Below, in pieces: positions 17,318 through 27,800 of a stretch of 64,000 nt of DNA (position 1 is its first letter; every line of letters starts with the position of its first letter). The stretch is from a virus, in the IMG/VR virus record IMGVR_UViG_3300048592_000244, positions 32,001 to 96,000 of that record. One strand, written 5' to 3'. The position numbers and the translations under genes were made by a program. The notes under the pieces are model-generated. The model searched no databases and was not told where the DNA came from. It was given only the letters and a program-made list of their open reading frames with translations.

Positions 17318-18538
17318 ATGTCAGGACCGACGTCTGGACTCCCTGCTGGTTATCCTGCACCGCCCGCTGCGCCGACAGGGCTGGTTCCGCAGGGACAAGC
17401 AGGACCGTATCAGTACGGGAGAAATCGTGGCCAGAACCGGCCCGACATGAACCCGCTCAACAGCCGACCGGCGATGCTGGTGAAAAACAGCGCCCGCAAA
17501 CGCCTAAACGAGTACCTTCGGGACCAAGGGCTCCAGCCCTTCGCAGAGCACGAGGAAATTCCCGGCCTGTTTATCCTGATCGAACTCATGCACATGACCG
17601 TGGAGCCACTGCGCACAGACGCCAACCGCGCCTTCCGCGACATGCCCGTCAAGCTGTCCACCAGCCAGACTGTCCGCACAGTCTGGCGTCGTCTTCCCTA
17701 CGAGGCCGTGCCCTACGAGGCCCGCACATTCCCGCTGCACGTCGCCCGGATGATGCTCCAGCAGATCGAGAATTACAGCTACACGATCTACCCGGAACTC
17801 GTTCAGCAGGGCAACTTGCAGGTCTGGCAGGCGCGTCCACTGATGCAGGGTGAAGGCGTGCAGATCGCGCCGGTGCGCTGGCGTGCGCCGACCCAGCAGG
17901 AATTGAACGCCATGAACGCGATGGCGAATCGCCTCAGCCAGTCAGACGGCATTGCCAGTCGTCGTCCGGGCGGAGGTGGTGGCCTGATGGTGTCGCTCAA
18001 CCCTGAGAAGGACAGACGGGTGATGGACGCCACGCAGACAGCAGAGGCGAAGGGAAATCCCGATGTCCACACATTCCAGCAGCCACAGGCACCGCAAGGA
18101 GCCCCGGCACCGACGCCGGAATATCCGCAGCCGCAGTCAGCACCACCGTCCGCTCCACCGGCGTCGAGCCAGCAGTACGCCCAGACACCACAGGGACAGC
18201 AGGTGCAGCAGGGCCTGCCTCCGCAGCCAGCGCCGCAGATGCAGGTTGACCCGCAGGCGTCACCGCAGCAGGCAGGGCAGAGCACCAGCATGAAGTCCGA
18301 TCTGCATGAGCCTGTGAACGCGACCAACGAGATACCTGAGACAGTCCGCCGCAACACCGCTGCCAGCAATGAAGCGACAGCGGAGGAAAATCAGGAAGCT
18401 CTGGCGGCGGGCCACCGGGAAATCCCCGAGGATGCACCGCCACCGGCGACCAGCAAGGCGCACGTTCCACCGCCGCCAACGACACAGGCGCAAAACCCCG
18501 GCAACGTACCACCTCCGCCTCCGCCACCGACTCGCTAG
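17318..18538 (+). CDS. head-associated hypothetical protein with long Pro/Gln-rich disordered C-terminus
   Basis: AGGAG RBS; position after the capsid gene. Confidence 0.75.
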   Translation: MSGPTSGLPAGYPAPPAAPTGLVPQGQAGPYQYGRNRGQNRPDMNPLNSRPAMLVKNSARKRLNEYLRDQGLQPFAEHEEIPGLFILIELMHMTVEPLRTDANRAFRDMPVKLSTSQTVRTVWRRLPYEAVPYEARTFPLHVARMMLQQIENYSYTIYPELVQQGNLQVWQARPLMQGEGVQIAPVRWRAPTQQELNAMNAMANRLSQSDGIASRRPGGGGGLMVSLNPEKDRRVMDATQTAEAKGNPDVHTFQQPQAPQGAPAPTPEYPQPQSAPPSAPPASSQQYAQTPQGQQVQQGLPPQPAPQMQVDPQASPQQAGQSTSMKSDLHEPVNATNEIPETVRRNTAASNEATAEENQEALAAGHREIPEDAPPPATSKAHVPPPPTTQAQNPGNVPPPPPPPTR

Positions 18539-18545
18539 AAAAGAC

Positions 18546-18577
18546 ACCGGCCAGCTTCGCGCTGGCCGGTTCTCTTT
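18546..18577 (+). terminator. intrinsic terminator
   Basis: ACCGGCCAGC-TTCGC-GCTGGCCGGT-TCTCTTT. Confidence 0.65.
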
Positions 18578-18590
18578 GTAGGATGCACGC

Positions 18591-18989
18591 ATGGGTGACG
18601 GCAGCATTTCCATCAACGTGACGAAGAAATTTCCTCTCAGGGCGCTGAGGAAGGGGTTCGCTGCTGCCACTGAGTACGCTCTCAAGCGAGTGGCCGACCG
18701 GCTGTTGTCAGACTCACGTCAGTTCGTCCCTGTGCTCACCGGCGCGTTGAAGGACAGCGGCTTCGTGGAAGTGATGCCCACGGTCGATCAGGCGTTCGCT
18801 ATGGTGAAGGTGATCTACCCACTGGACTACGCTGAGACACAGCACGAGGATGAGTACCGGCACCCATCCCTTGGATTCAGGGGCGCAGCCAAGTACCTAC
18901 AGAAACCACTAGACCTCTACACTGACTTTTACTTTGAGCTTTTCGCCTTTGAATTCGATGAGTACGTTGAAAGGAACGGCCTCTCGTAG
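18591..18989 (+). CDS. HK97 gp10-like neck/tail-completion protein
   Basis: SRQFVPVLTGALKDSG...YAETQHE...AKYLQKPL motif. Confidence 0.85.
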   Translation: MGDGSISINVTKKFPLRALRKGFAAATEYALKRVADRLLSDSRQFVPVLTGALKDSGFVEVMPTVDQAFAMVKVIYPLDYAETQHEDEYRHPSLGFRGAAKYLQKPLDLYTDFYFELFAFEFDEYVERNGLS

Positions 18990-18992
18990 ATA
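18985..18992 (+). promoter_or_regulatory. CGTAGATA putative late promoter element
   Basis: Overlaps the stop codon, 24 nt before ATG 19009. Confidence 0.5.
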
Positions 18993-19008
18993 AGGGAAGG
19001 AGACGACC

Positions 19009-19695
19009 ATGCCTGACAAGGTTCTTGAGCACATCTGCTTCGGGGGCACCATTGAAGGTGGCCCGTTTGACCAACACCGACTCCGCGTGAGCGCCAATCG
19101 TGAGGGCCGCAAGTACGTCCCCAGCGTCACTGTCATGGGGCCTGACGGAATGTATCTACCGGCGAATCCGCTGGAAATTCCATCAGCGATCCTGCGCACC
19201 AGCAAGGAGAGCCCGGCTGCCGCGCTGGACGTAGCATTCAAGGCGCTCTACTTCTACCTGAACAACGAAGTCGCTGCTGCCCGCCTCAGTGAAGTGCAGG
19301 AGGAGTCCAAGCACTGGATTTACCTCGACGAGATGGGCAAGCGCGATTACACGGCCATGCCTGACTACGACACCGAGGAGTACAAAACCTTCCAAGAGGA
19401 GGAATTCAACTACACGCCGCCCAACAGCGAAGCCGTGGTTGAAGCAGGGCTGATGACCATTGGCTCCAGCGCCAGCGTTGAGTCTGACGACGGTGTTGAC
19501 GGCGATGCCGCTGATGTCGGCGGCCAGAGCAAAGGCACGGGGGAGGGAGGTGTTGGTGCTGCCCCCGGCTCCGAGTCGTCTGTAGATGGCAACATGGCCG
19601 CAGACGAGGGCCTCCAGAATTTCCTCAAGAGCAATTCCGGCCTCAACCCGGAACTGTCCAGCACGCAGGGAGTAGGCACCGGCGAGAAGGGCTAA
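19009..19695 (+). CDS. acidic hypothetical protein
   Basis: AAGGAG RBS; typical codon bias. Confidence 0.75.
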   Translation: MPDKVLEHICFGGTIEGGPFDQHRLRVSANREGRKYVPSVTVMGPDGMYLPANPLEIPSAILRTSKESPAAALDVAFKALYFYLNNEVAAARLSEVQEESKHWIYLDEMGKRDYTAMPDYDTEEYKTFQEEEFNYTPPNSEAVVEAGLMTIGSSASVESDDGVDGDAADVGGQSKGTGEGGVGAAPGSESSVDGNMAADEGLQNFLKSNSGLNPELSSTQGVGTGEKG

Positions 19696-19698
19696 ACC

Positions 19699-20517
19699 AT
19701 GCCAGAGACAGTCACGTTCGAGGACAAGGTGATCGACCCGACCACGCTACTCGGCGTGCCGGTGACTGCGTTGACGCTGGAGATCAGGAACCGCAACAAG
19801 GCCCTGCAAGAAACACTGGTCTTTCCTGCGGGAATTTCCGAGATCATCGGTGCCGGTCCTGACTACAGCTACAAGGTCACGGACTTCGACATCAGCGATC
19901 AGGAGAAATTCCCCGGCACGTTCATCTGCGTGCGGTGGTTCGCCACTACAGCAGCCGGTGTCGTGCGCCCGTGGGATCAGGTCGTGTCCATCACCGGCGC
20001 GGCGTCACCCACGATCCCTGCCAACCGTGAGCCCTACATCGACATCACCGAGGCGGAGGAATTTTTCCAGACCCGACTCGACTACGTGGATTGGGACCGC
20101 TTCGACGCCATCACTCAGTTGCGGGCACTCGTCTCCGCCAGCGACTGTCTTGACGGTGAGCGGTACAAGGGTCTGAAAATCCGTTTCTTCGAGACGGACA
20201 CCACGCGCCAGTGGCCCCGCACGATGCCGTTTGAGGAAGCGATGGCCAGCTTCTTCCTTGGCATCGACCGCATCCCCACGCGCATCCGCTGGGCGACTGC
20301 TGTGCAGGCTTTGTACCTGCTCAAGCAGATCGAGCGCGGGCACGATTGGGAGGCACGCCGCGACATGCAGTTGAAGGGCCTGACCGGCATCACCCGTGGC
20401 GATAACAGTGAGCAGTGGTCACTGGAGTTCGCCACGCGCCGGTCGATCTGCGAGGAAGCCTACGAACTGATCCATCCGTTCTTGGCTCAGAGCATCGACA
20501 GCATGAACGCGTATTAG
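19699..20517 (+). CDS. head-tail adaptor (DnaT-like family) with extra N-terminal beta domain
   Basis: YIDITEAEEFF..R...W...RALVSASD.LD...YKG...QWPR...IP.RIR.A motif. Confidence 0.8.
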   Translation: MPETVTFEDKVIDPTTLLGVPVTALTLEIRNRNKALQETLVFPAGISEIIGAGPDYSYKVTDFDISDQEKFPGTFICVRWFATTAAGVVRPWDQVVSITGAASPTIPANREPYIDITEAEEFFQTRLDYVDWDRFDAITQLRALVSASDCLDGERYKGLKIRFFETDTTRQWPRTMPFEEAMASFFLGIDRIPTRIRWATAVQALYLLKQIERGHDWEARRDMQLKGLTGITRGDNSEQWSLEFATRRSICEEAYELIHPFLAQSIDSMNAY

Positions 20518-20525
20518 GAGCAGGC

Positions 20526-21320
20526 GTGGGCATCGAGAGCAAACTACAGGGGTTCGAGCGTGACGCGGAACGCGGCGAGAAGCTGCGTGAGGAAATTGGC
20601 AAGAAGCTCGGCCTCCTCAACCGCGATCTCATGCGGGACATCTCCGAGATGGTCCGTGTGATGTTCCGCTCTGACAAGGAGTTTGAGCGTGCCCTGAAAC
20701 AGCGCCTTGATGCAGCCGCTACCAGCAAGAAGGAATTCATCCTCACGCAGAGCGGTCAGAAGTTCAAGGTCAGCGACATCGACCCCAAGCGCGTGATCGC
20801 CCAGCGCGAACTCACCGGCTTCGAGGAGGAAAAGCTCAAGAAAATCAAAGAGACCATCGGTGAGGTAGAGACCGCTGCCAAGGCCGCCATCGGTGCCGTG
20901 CGTCGGGAGCGTGTGCTGCTGAACGAGTTCTCCAAGGACGCCCGGTCTATCGCCAGCGATCTGCGCCGGGAACTCCGCGACAGTGACGACAAGAGCAAGC
21001 TCGAAAGCCAGATCAACGATTTCGAGAGTAAGGCCGGAAGAATTTCCTCCGCTGAGTCCGATCTGGAAGGAATGCAGCGTGAGGCGCTCAAGGTGATGCA
21101 GACGGCCAAGTCAGCACAGTCTGTGATCTCCGGTGTGAGCAGCCGGACAGACCTTGAGGAAATTCTTGTGGGCGCAGCAGGTGGCTTTGGCATCACAGCC
21201 GCCGTGGCCGCGCTAGTGGGATCAATGGGCGCTGCCGGTATTCTGGCGATGCCTGCTCTGATAGCATTCGCCCTGTCACGTATCGTGAAGCTGGTGAAAG
21301 ACGTGGCAGGGGACGACTGA
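20526..21320 (+). CDS. coiled-coil protein with C-terminal hydrophobic hairpin
   Basis: AGGAG RBS before GTG 20526; ILVGAAGGFGITAAVAALVGSMGAAGILAMPALIAFAL. Confidence 0.7.
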   Translation: MGIESKLQGFERDAERGEKLREEIGKKLGLLNRDLMRDISEMVRVMFRSDKEFERALKQRLDAAATSKKEFILTQSGQKFKVSDIDPKRVIAQRELTGFEEEKLKKIKETIGEVETAAKAAIGAVRRERVLLNEFSKDARSIASDLRRELRDSDDKSKLESQINDFESKAGRISSAESDLEGMQREALKVMQTAKSAQSVISGVSSRTDLEEILVGAAGGFGITAAVAALVGSMGAAGILAMPALIAFALSRIVKLVKDVAGDD

Positions 21321-21712
21321 TGTTCTACTATCCGCACATGATTGTCGCGCTCATCAAGCGAGACGCACGCCCCAAGTCCATCTACGAGGGGCTGTGTGAA
21401 AACGACTTCATCAAGTGCCGCATCCCGTGCTCGTGGGACACCAAGCGCCAGTGGATCGGCCCGAGGGAAAAGCGCGTCGAGATCGAGGGCACGCTTTCGG
21501 TCAAGCTGAACAAGACGACAGAGCGGTACATCGCTGTCGTAGGAAATGCTGTGATTCTGCGGCACATCCCCAGCGTTATCTGGGTGATCGAGCAGGTGAA
21601 CCACAATGACGGCGTGTTCATCAGCGACGGCACATTCGACCTGTTGTTGAGCCGCCACGGGGTTGAAGTACCGCCCACAGGCGATCTGCGGAAATACTTG
21701 GACGAGTTCTAA
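21320..21712 (+). CDS. hypothetical protein (head-closure position)
   Basis: TGATG overlap; beta-rich; synteny only. Confidence 0.6.
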   Translation: MFYYPHMIVALIKRDARPKSIYEGLCENDFIKCRIPCSWDTKRQWIGPREKRVEIEGTLSVKLNKTTERYIAVVGNAVILRHIPSVIWVIEQVNHNDGVFISDGTFDLLLSRHGVEVPPTGDLRKYLDEF

Positions 21713-22410
21713 TGCCTGACTTTGACGACCTGTTCGTAGTGATCGAGGAAGGCGAGGACACCATTGAGGTGCGCCAGCGTGCCCCGGTCCAAGGCATGGA
21801 CCCGGCTGCCATCACACGCCACAGGGTCTACCCAAGGAAATTCCGCATCAGGGCTACCATCGCTCAGGCGCTGGCCGTCTACATGGAATCCATCCAATTT
21901 CCAGTGGACATTCCGCTGGCACCGGGTGTCGCCGCAGCCCTCCCTGCTGGCTCGATCCCGATACCCTCAACGGAAATTCACGACTTCATCCCAGCAAAAA
22001 TGTTTGAAAATCTGTTCTGGGGCTTGACTTCGGATGACCTTTTCCAAGACCGTAAGTACGAGGGCAGTTTGGTAGGGTTCCTGTCGGATGCAGGATCGTT
22101 CAACCTGAGAGGGAGGCAAGGTGCCAACCAACAGGTCACGACAGTCGAAGTCGTAGTTGAGTCTTCGCCTGCCCGGACAGCCCTCGATACGGCTATGCGC
22201 TTGTGGTCGATGTTCTTGGAGCCGATTGGTTTCACAGTAGAGTCCGAGTTGCTGGATACACAAACTGGTCAACGGCTGAAAGTCCGACAGCCAGACCTCG
22301 CGGTGCAGCGAGTGGAACCAGCAAACGAACCACGGATACTCGAACGTGTGGGAGCAGGACGCGTCAAGGCAGCTTTCAGGCTCATAGTCAAGTACACACG
22401 GTTTATTTAG
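21712..22410 (+). CDS. putative tail terminator protein
   Basis: Immediately before the tail tube gene; C-terminal alpha/beta pattern ending AAFRLIVKY. Confidence 0.5.
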   Translation: MPDFDDLFVVIEEGEDTIEVRQRAPVQGMDPAAITRHRVYPRKFRIRATIAQALAVYMESIQFPVDIPLAPGVAAALPAGSIPIPSTEIHDFIPAKMFENLFWGLTSDDLFQDRKYEGSLVGFLSDAGSFNLRGRQGANQQVTTVEVVVESSPARTALDTAMRLWSMFLEPIGFTVESELLDTQTGQRLKVRQPDLAVQRVEPANEPRILERVGAGRVKAAFRLIVKYTRFI

Positions 22411-22419
22411 GGAGCACTC

Positions 22420-23655
22420 ATGCCACAGATCGGTCGTTCGGTGGTGAGCCCTTTCAACCCGCAGAACCTCGTGCTGCCGTCACGAATTTCTGTGTGGTTC
22501 GCGCCTTTCGACGCGCAGGGCCGCCAGTCCGACTACTTCGAGCTTGGCGATGTCTCGGACATTGAAATCAACATCGCTGAAACCTTTGCTGAAAAGAAGT
22601 CAGCGCGACAGGGCACCTTCCAGACCATCAAGCGCCTCATCAACGACCTCGTTGGCGAGATCACGATGAACCTCTCGGAAGTCGTCGGTCGCAACCTCGA
22701 ACTTCTTTTCCGCCCAGCCCAAGTCCTCCTCCGCGACGGCGTAGCAAACGCTCTCAGTGTGTGGCACGAGAGCACTCGTCCTCGCCTGACCGGAACCACA
22801 CCGTCCGACGTAGCACCCGGCATCGCGCAGGAGCGCGTTGACGGCGGCGCGTTGAACGAGCAGGACTTGACCATCCTGAGCGTCACGAACCTCGCGGGCA
22901 ACGTCCAGTACATTTCCGGCACGGACTACACGTTCGTGCAGGCAGTGACTGGCGTGTTCGACTCGGCCACGCTGACGTTCGCCACGTTCACCACGGCAGT
23001 CGGTGACGAAATCATCCTCACCGAAGACGACGGCACCATCACGACTCTGACGGCAGGTACGGAGTTCGAGGATGGCGCAACCGCAGGTTCAGTAGGTGCT
23101 CTGGCGGCGGGAGTGGCGGAAGCCATCAACGCTTACAGCAGCAGCTACCACGCCACGGCGGCTGCTGGCGTCGTCACGATCAACCACAACAGCCTCAGTG
23201 CGGCGGCCCCGGCTGCCATCACTGTGACTGGCGCGGCCCTGATCGTGGACGTCGGTGCAGGCCCGTTTGCCTTCGCTGGCTTCGTCGCCACGGTCCCGGC
23301 CACCATCGCACGCATCAGCACCGGAGCCATTCCGAACGGTGCCGAAGTGAAGGTGACGTTCACCTTCGAGCGTGCAGCGGTCGAGTACCAGTTGCAGTCG
23401 GGGCAGGTCTTGGAGGGAGCGATGAAGCTCCAGATTCTCTCCACGTCCGGCCCGCAGGGGTTCTACGAGTTCTACCGCGTGAACCTCGAAATCGGCGGCA
23501 ACATCACCGTCAACCCGCAGGAATTTATGATGGCCCCTCTCAAGGCCACCATTCTGACGGGCGGCGACGGACGCCGAGGCCGCTTCGTGCAGGCGTGCAA
23601 CTTCGCTGACTTCTTCGTGCAGTCCAGCGTCACGACCTGCTCGGCAGTTGCGTAA
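22420..23655 (+). CDS. major tail (tube) protein with inserted beta domains
   Basis: YFELGDVSDIEINI.E...EKKSARQG tube-protein motif; strong codon bias; followed by a terminator and chaperone. Confidence 0.85.
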   Translation: MPQIGRSVVSPFNPQNLVLPSRISVWFAPFDAQGRQSDYFELGDVSDIEINIAETFAEKKSARQGTFQTIKRLINDLVGEITMNLSEVVGRNLELLFRPAQVLLRDGVANALSVWHESTRPRLTGTTPSDVAPGIAQERVDGGALNEQDLTILSVTNLAGNVQYISGTDYTFVQAVTGVFDSATLTFATFTTAVGDEIILTEDDGTITTLTAGTEFEDGATAGSVGALAAGVAEAINAYSSSYHATAAAGVVTINHNSLSAAAPAAITVTGAALIVDVGAGPFAFAGFVATVPATIARISTGAIPNGAEVKVTFTFERAAVEYQLQSGQVLEGAMKLQILSTSGPQGFYEFYRVNLEIGGNITVNPQEFMMAPLKATILTGGDGRRGRFVQACNFADFFVQSSVTTCSAVA

Positions 23656-23693
23656 GCAGCAGCCTTGCAGTAAAAATCCGACATGGATAGACT

Positions 23694-23729
23694 CAGCCCC
23701 GGTGCTCCTAGCCGGGGCTGTTTCTTTTT
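23694..23729 (+). terminator. intrinsic terminator
   Basis: CAGCCCCGG...CCGGGGCTG-TTTCTTTTT. Confidence 0.75.
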
Positions 23730-23744
23730 CAGCAGGAGGAAATT

Positions 23745-24278
23745 ATGGCACGCAAGATCGACACTGCCGAGACGCGGGAAATCACCCTACGAGGTGGCAC
23801 CGTGCTCGTCGTGCAGGAGTTCGCGTCCTTTGGCTTCATGCAGGCCGTGGGCTCGATCAGGAAAATCGTCACCAGAATCCGTGAGTCCGGTGACTTGGAG
23901 GCCATGTTCCGTGGCCTCTGGGACGCGGCCCCAGATGAGGGCGGCGACCGCAAGGTGAACATCAACCAGCTTGTGGAATTGCTGGAGATGGTCATGGGGG
24001 CAATGGGCGATGACCCGGACCCGCTGTTCAAGATCATCGAACTCAGTGTGCGCGACGGCGACAAGAAATTCACCGCTGATGACGCGCACAACCTCATGGT
24101 TGAAGACGTCGTGGGCATCCTCAAGGCCATCTACGAGTTGAATTTCACCAAACTAAAAAAGGCTCTGACCAAGGCGGGGTTGGTCAAGGAGACCAGCGAC
24201 GAAAATCCCTCGCCGAGTCCCTCGACCAGCTTGCCGACGACGCCGAGCGAGCCCTCGACGACGCCCGCAGCGAGCTAG
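23745..24278 (+). CDS. tail assembly chaperone (gpG-like)
   Basis: AGGAGG RBS; between tail tube and tape measure; contains a slippery site. Confidence 0.85.
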   Translation: MARKIDTAETREITLRGGTVLVVQEFASFGFMQAVGSIRKIVTRIRESGDLEAMFRGLWDAAPDEGGDRKVNINQLVELLEMVMGAMGDDPDPLFKIIELSVRDGDKKFTADDAHNLMVEDVVGILKAIYELNFTKLKKALTKAGLVKETSDENPSPSPSTSLPTTPSEPSTTPAAS

Positions 24279-24868
24279 ATGCACGACGTGCAGAGCACCA
24301 GCTAATCGCTGCGGGTTTCGACCCGGAGTTCATTCGCTGGGGCTGCACGATCAAGGACTTCAAGGCGTACCTGCTGTCCGTGATGAAGGACCGGATGGAG
24401 CGGCAGCGGGAACAGAGCATGGCGCTTTCGCTGGCGGTGGCTTCCTTGTTCGACCCGAAGGTAGGCAAGGAAGCCTCCACAGCAATCCAGAAGGCCATCG
24501 AAGCTCTTGAAGACCAGCAAGAGGGGCTGTACGGATTACAGGAATTCGCCAGAACAGGAGAACGACCAGTCCGGCAGACCAAGCAGGAACGTCGGGCGCA
24601 GGAAAATCAGAAGGACGAGTCGGGGCTCACCAAGAAGCAGGTGGACACTTGGAAGGACGCAGGGAAAATCGACCTGCTGATGGCTAAGATGACCGGCAGG
24701 CCCACAGGGGCGCTCTGGTCGGGTGTCACTGACGGCAACCTCCAGATGAATGCTGACGGCCTGAATTCTATGGTCGAAGGCGTTACAGGAGCCCAGATCG
24801 TAAGTAAGATGCAGAACATCCACCAACGGATGAGAAGCAGCGTTAGGGCCGGACCACGGAAAAAGTAA
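23745..24868 (+). CDS. frameshifted tail assembly chaperone (gpGT-like)
   Basis: -1 frame reads GSDQGGVGQGDQRRKSLAESLDQ...WGCTIKDFKAYLLSVMKDRMER and joins ORF 24380-24868. Confidence 0.8.
24155..24161 (+). other. programmed -1 ribosomal frameshift site A AAA AAG
   Basis: In-frame CTA AAA AAG; the -1 frame stays open through to TAA 24868. Confidence 0.85.
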
Positions 24869-27800
24869 ATGGCGCTGTCAGTCGGTGAAGTAGCAGTCGA
24901 TTTCGTCGCTAACCTCGACGACCTTTTCAAGAGCTTGGAGAAGCTCGGGGAAAAGTTGGACGAGGCTCTCAGCGGCAAGCAGGAGATCAAGGTCTCCTTC
25001 GATGAGCGCATTATTGCTCAGATCGACAAGATGGCCGATGGGGTTGAAAAGATTTCCAACCTCACTGAGCGCGTCCGCACCGTGGCAGAAGGCGTCTTCG
25101 ATTCACTGGACGGTCGCATTGGCAACACCAGTGAGCAGATCGAGAAGTCATTCGGTGGCGCGGTCAAGAACATCGAAGGCCAGACAGACGACTTCATCAC
25201 CACGTTCATCAACAAAGTCACCAAGGGGGTCTCGCGCCTGAGCCCCTTGGTGCTTGGACAGTTGTTCGGTGCCACGCTGCTGATCGAGCGGCTTGTCGCC
25301 GGTGGGTTCAAGCTCACATCCATCCTGCCGAAATTCCTTGTGTCTGGCACCGGCGCTGTCGGGATCATGCAGGGACTTGTGCAGGCAGTGAAGACATTGA
25401 ATTTCCCGTTCCTGCTCGGCTTCCTTGTGGATGTGTCGCAGTCCCTGCTGTCGGTGACGACAGTGGTGGCGTTGTTGACTACAGGGCTCCGTGGATTGAC
25501 AGGTCTGGCTTTGCGCTTCCTTGGCAAACGCCCAGAATCGCAGGTGCAGAAATTCGTCGTCCTGCTGGAAACTCTGAACGCCGGTCTGACGGACATGCTG
25601 GCCAAGACGCGCATCTTCATTGAGCGCATGTTCTTCATCACGTCCGGCCTGACGTCCATCGCAGGCTTGCTCACGATTCTCGGCACAGGCGTTACCGGCC
25701 TGACAGCCGTGGTCAGCCCGTTCCTCGCTGCGGTCTTCGTCGGAATTTCCGGCATCAGGCTGGCCGCTGCTCGTGTGTCGGACATGCTGCTGCGCTTCCG
25801 TGCCTCAGCCGGTGACGGTCGTGCCCAGACCACTTTGTTCCTGCGTGCGCTTCGTAGCCTGTTCCCGATCCTTGACGCCATCGCTCGCAACGCCAAGCCG
25901 ATTGCGAAGATGATAAACGAGTTCGCAAAGGGCGGGTTCGCCAAGCGCATGAAGCAGGTGATCGGTGAATTCCAGAAGGCACTGAGCGGAATTTCCCGCA
26001 TCGAAGACGCCATCAACCGTCTTGCTGCCACGATGGAGAAGACGTCGAAGCAGGTGATGAAGCAGATGGGCCAGTTCATCAGCAAGGCTGATGAGTTGTT
26101 CAAGAAAATTGGGCGTCAGGGTGCCCGTGATGCTCTCGCATCAATCGAGCGCGTCCGTTCGTCGGCCACCAGTGCGACGAAGGAAGTCCAGCAGAGCGTG
26201 GCCCAGATCGCGCCCGCAGCCGACAAGGCAGAGAAATCTGCAACGAGGCTGGGGGCGCGTCTCGTTGAGATGGGCAAGCGGACTCTCGGACTGATCGGAC
26301 GCACTGGTGTTGCTGGCACCGGGTCGCTGCTCGGCCTCATGTTGTTCGGCACGTCCGGTAATATCGCACCGTTCCTCGCTCCTCTCGCACAATTCCGTGA
26401 CCGGCTGCTTGGTGGATTTTCCGAAGTCAGCAAGGGCGCACGTCAGGTAGGCGACACAGTAGCTGAATCGTTCGGCTCTGGCGCGGCAGTAGAAGCTGCG
26501 ACAGGCTTCCTTGACGCAATGTTCTCCACGCTGGGCGGGCTGCTCGACGTCGGCGTTGAACTCAGCAAGAAATTCTGGGGCGTCTTCGTTGACCCCGCGA
26601 CACTAACCAGCGCATTCGCTTTTGCCGGTCAGACGGTCGCAGGATTGGCCCCGCTTCTAGCGACAGGGGCTGGTGCTGTCCTCACGCCCTTGGTGTTGCG
26701 CGGCGTAAAGAACCTGACTGTCGCCAGCGCCGGTGTGATTCGTGACGCTGCCTCGGGCGTCTGGCCGGTCGTCCGTAAGAGTCTTGTCGAGCCGGTGAAG
26801 GATTTCCTCCTTTTCCTGCCACGGCAGACCAAACGCTTCGCTACGCAGACCGTACCTGATATGGTCAACCGTCTCACTGCTCGTGTCTTCAAGGGCACGG
26901 TTGCTGTGGGAGAGCGCGTCAAGCAGTTCTTCGGCCTCGCTGAACTCACCGAAGAACAGGCGAATGAAAAAGCGATAGCGGCCATCCAAGAGCGCACCGC
27001 AGGGATGCGTGAGCAGCGTTCCGCTCTCAAGGAGCAACTCAACCTGCTCCAGCGCAGTAAGGACTTCGGTGAGGATGAAGTTGCCCGGCGTGCCAAGCTC
27101 AAGCAGGTCGAAGATCAGCTAACCACGGCACGGTCCAAGGCGGCGGAGCTTGAACGCAAACTCAAGGGCGATCTGACGGTTGACCCGGAAGGCGCGAAGA
27201 AAAAGCTCGCTGCTACACGTGAGGAAATAAAGCGACTGGCGCAGGAAGCCAGCACGCTCGACGCGCCGTTTACCGAAGTGCAACAGCGCATCATTGAGGC
27301 GGAGACACAACTTCGTTCTCTGACCGATGCGCTGTCCAAAGAACTGTCGCAGGAAGCCATCGAGAAGCTGACTGCGGACATCAAGGCGAACAGCAGGCCG
27401 ATCCGCTCTGCCATTGCCAACGTCGGCATTGACGCAGGAAAATCATTCGCCTCCGGCATGAAGGCTGCAACATCGTTGGTCCGCGCTGTACTGGTGTCTC
27501 CATTCTCGTCTGCGGCCACCAAGCGCAACATTCAGGCAGCGGCCAGTAACTTGTCCAAGTCGTTCCGGTCGGCATTTTCCGCAGCCTTCCGCATCGGTGG
27601 TGGCATCCTCGGCCTGATCCCCGGCCTCAAGGGAATTGGTGAGCGGCTCAAGGCACGCGCTGGCACCACAGCCGGGCTCACTGCTGGTACGCCGGAAGAA
27701 GAAGCTGCCAAGCGCAAAGCGGCGGCTGACGTCAAGGCTGCCAAGGCACAGGACGAACTCACGCAGGTGCTGCGTGCGGAAAAGGTCGTAGCCGAAGCGG

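Noticed and set aside
24380-24868. Independent 162-aa gene
   Set aside because: Better explained as the C-terminal part of the -1 frameshift product; no convincing RBS.
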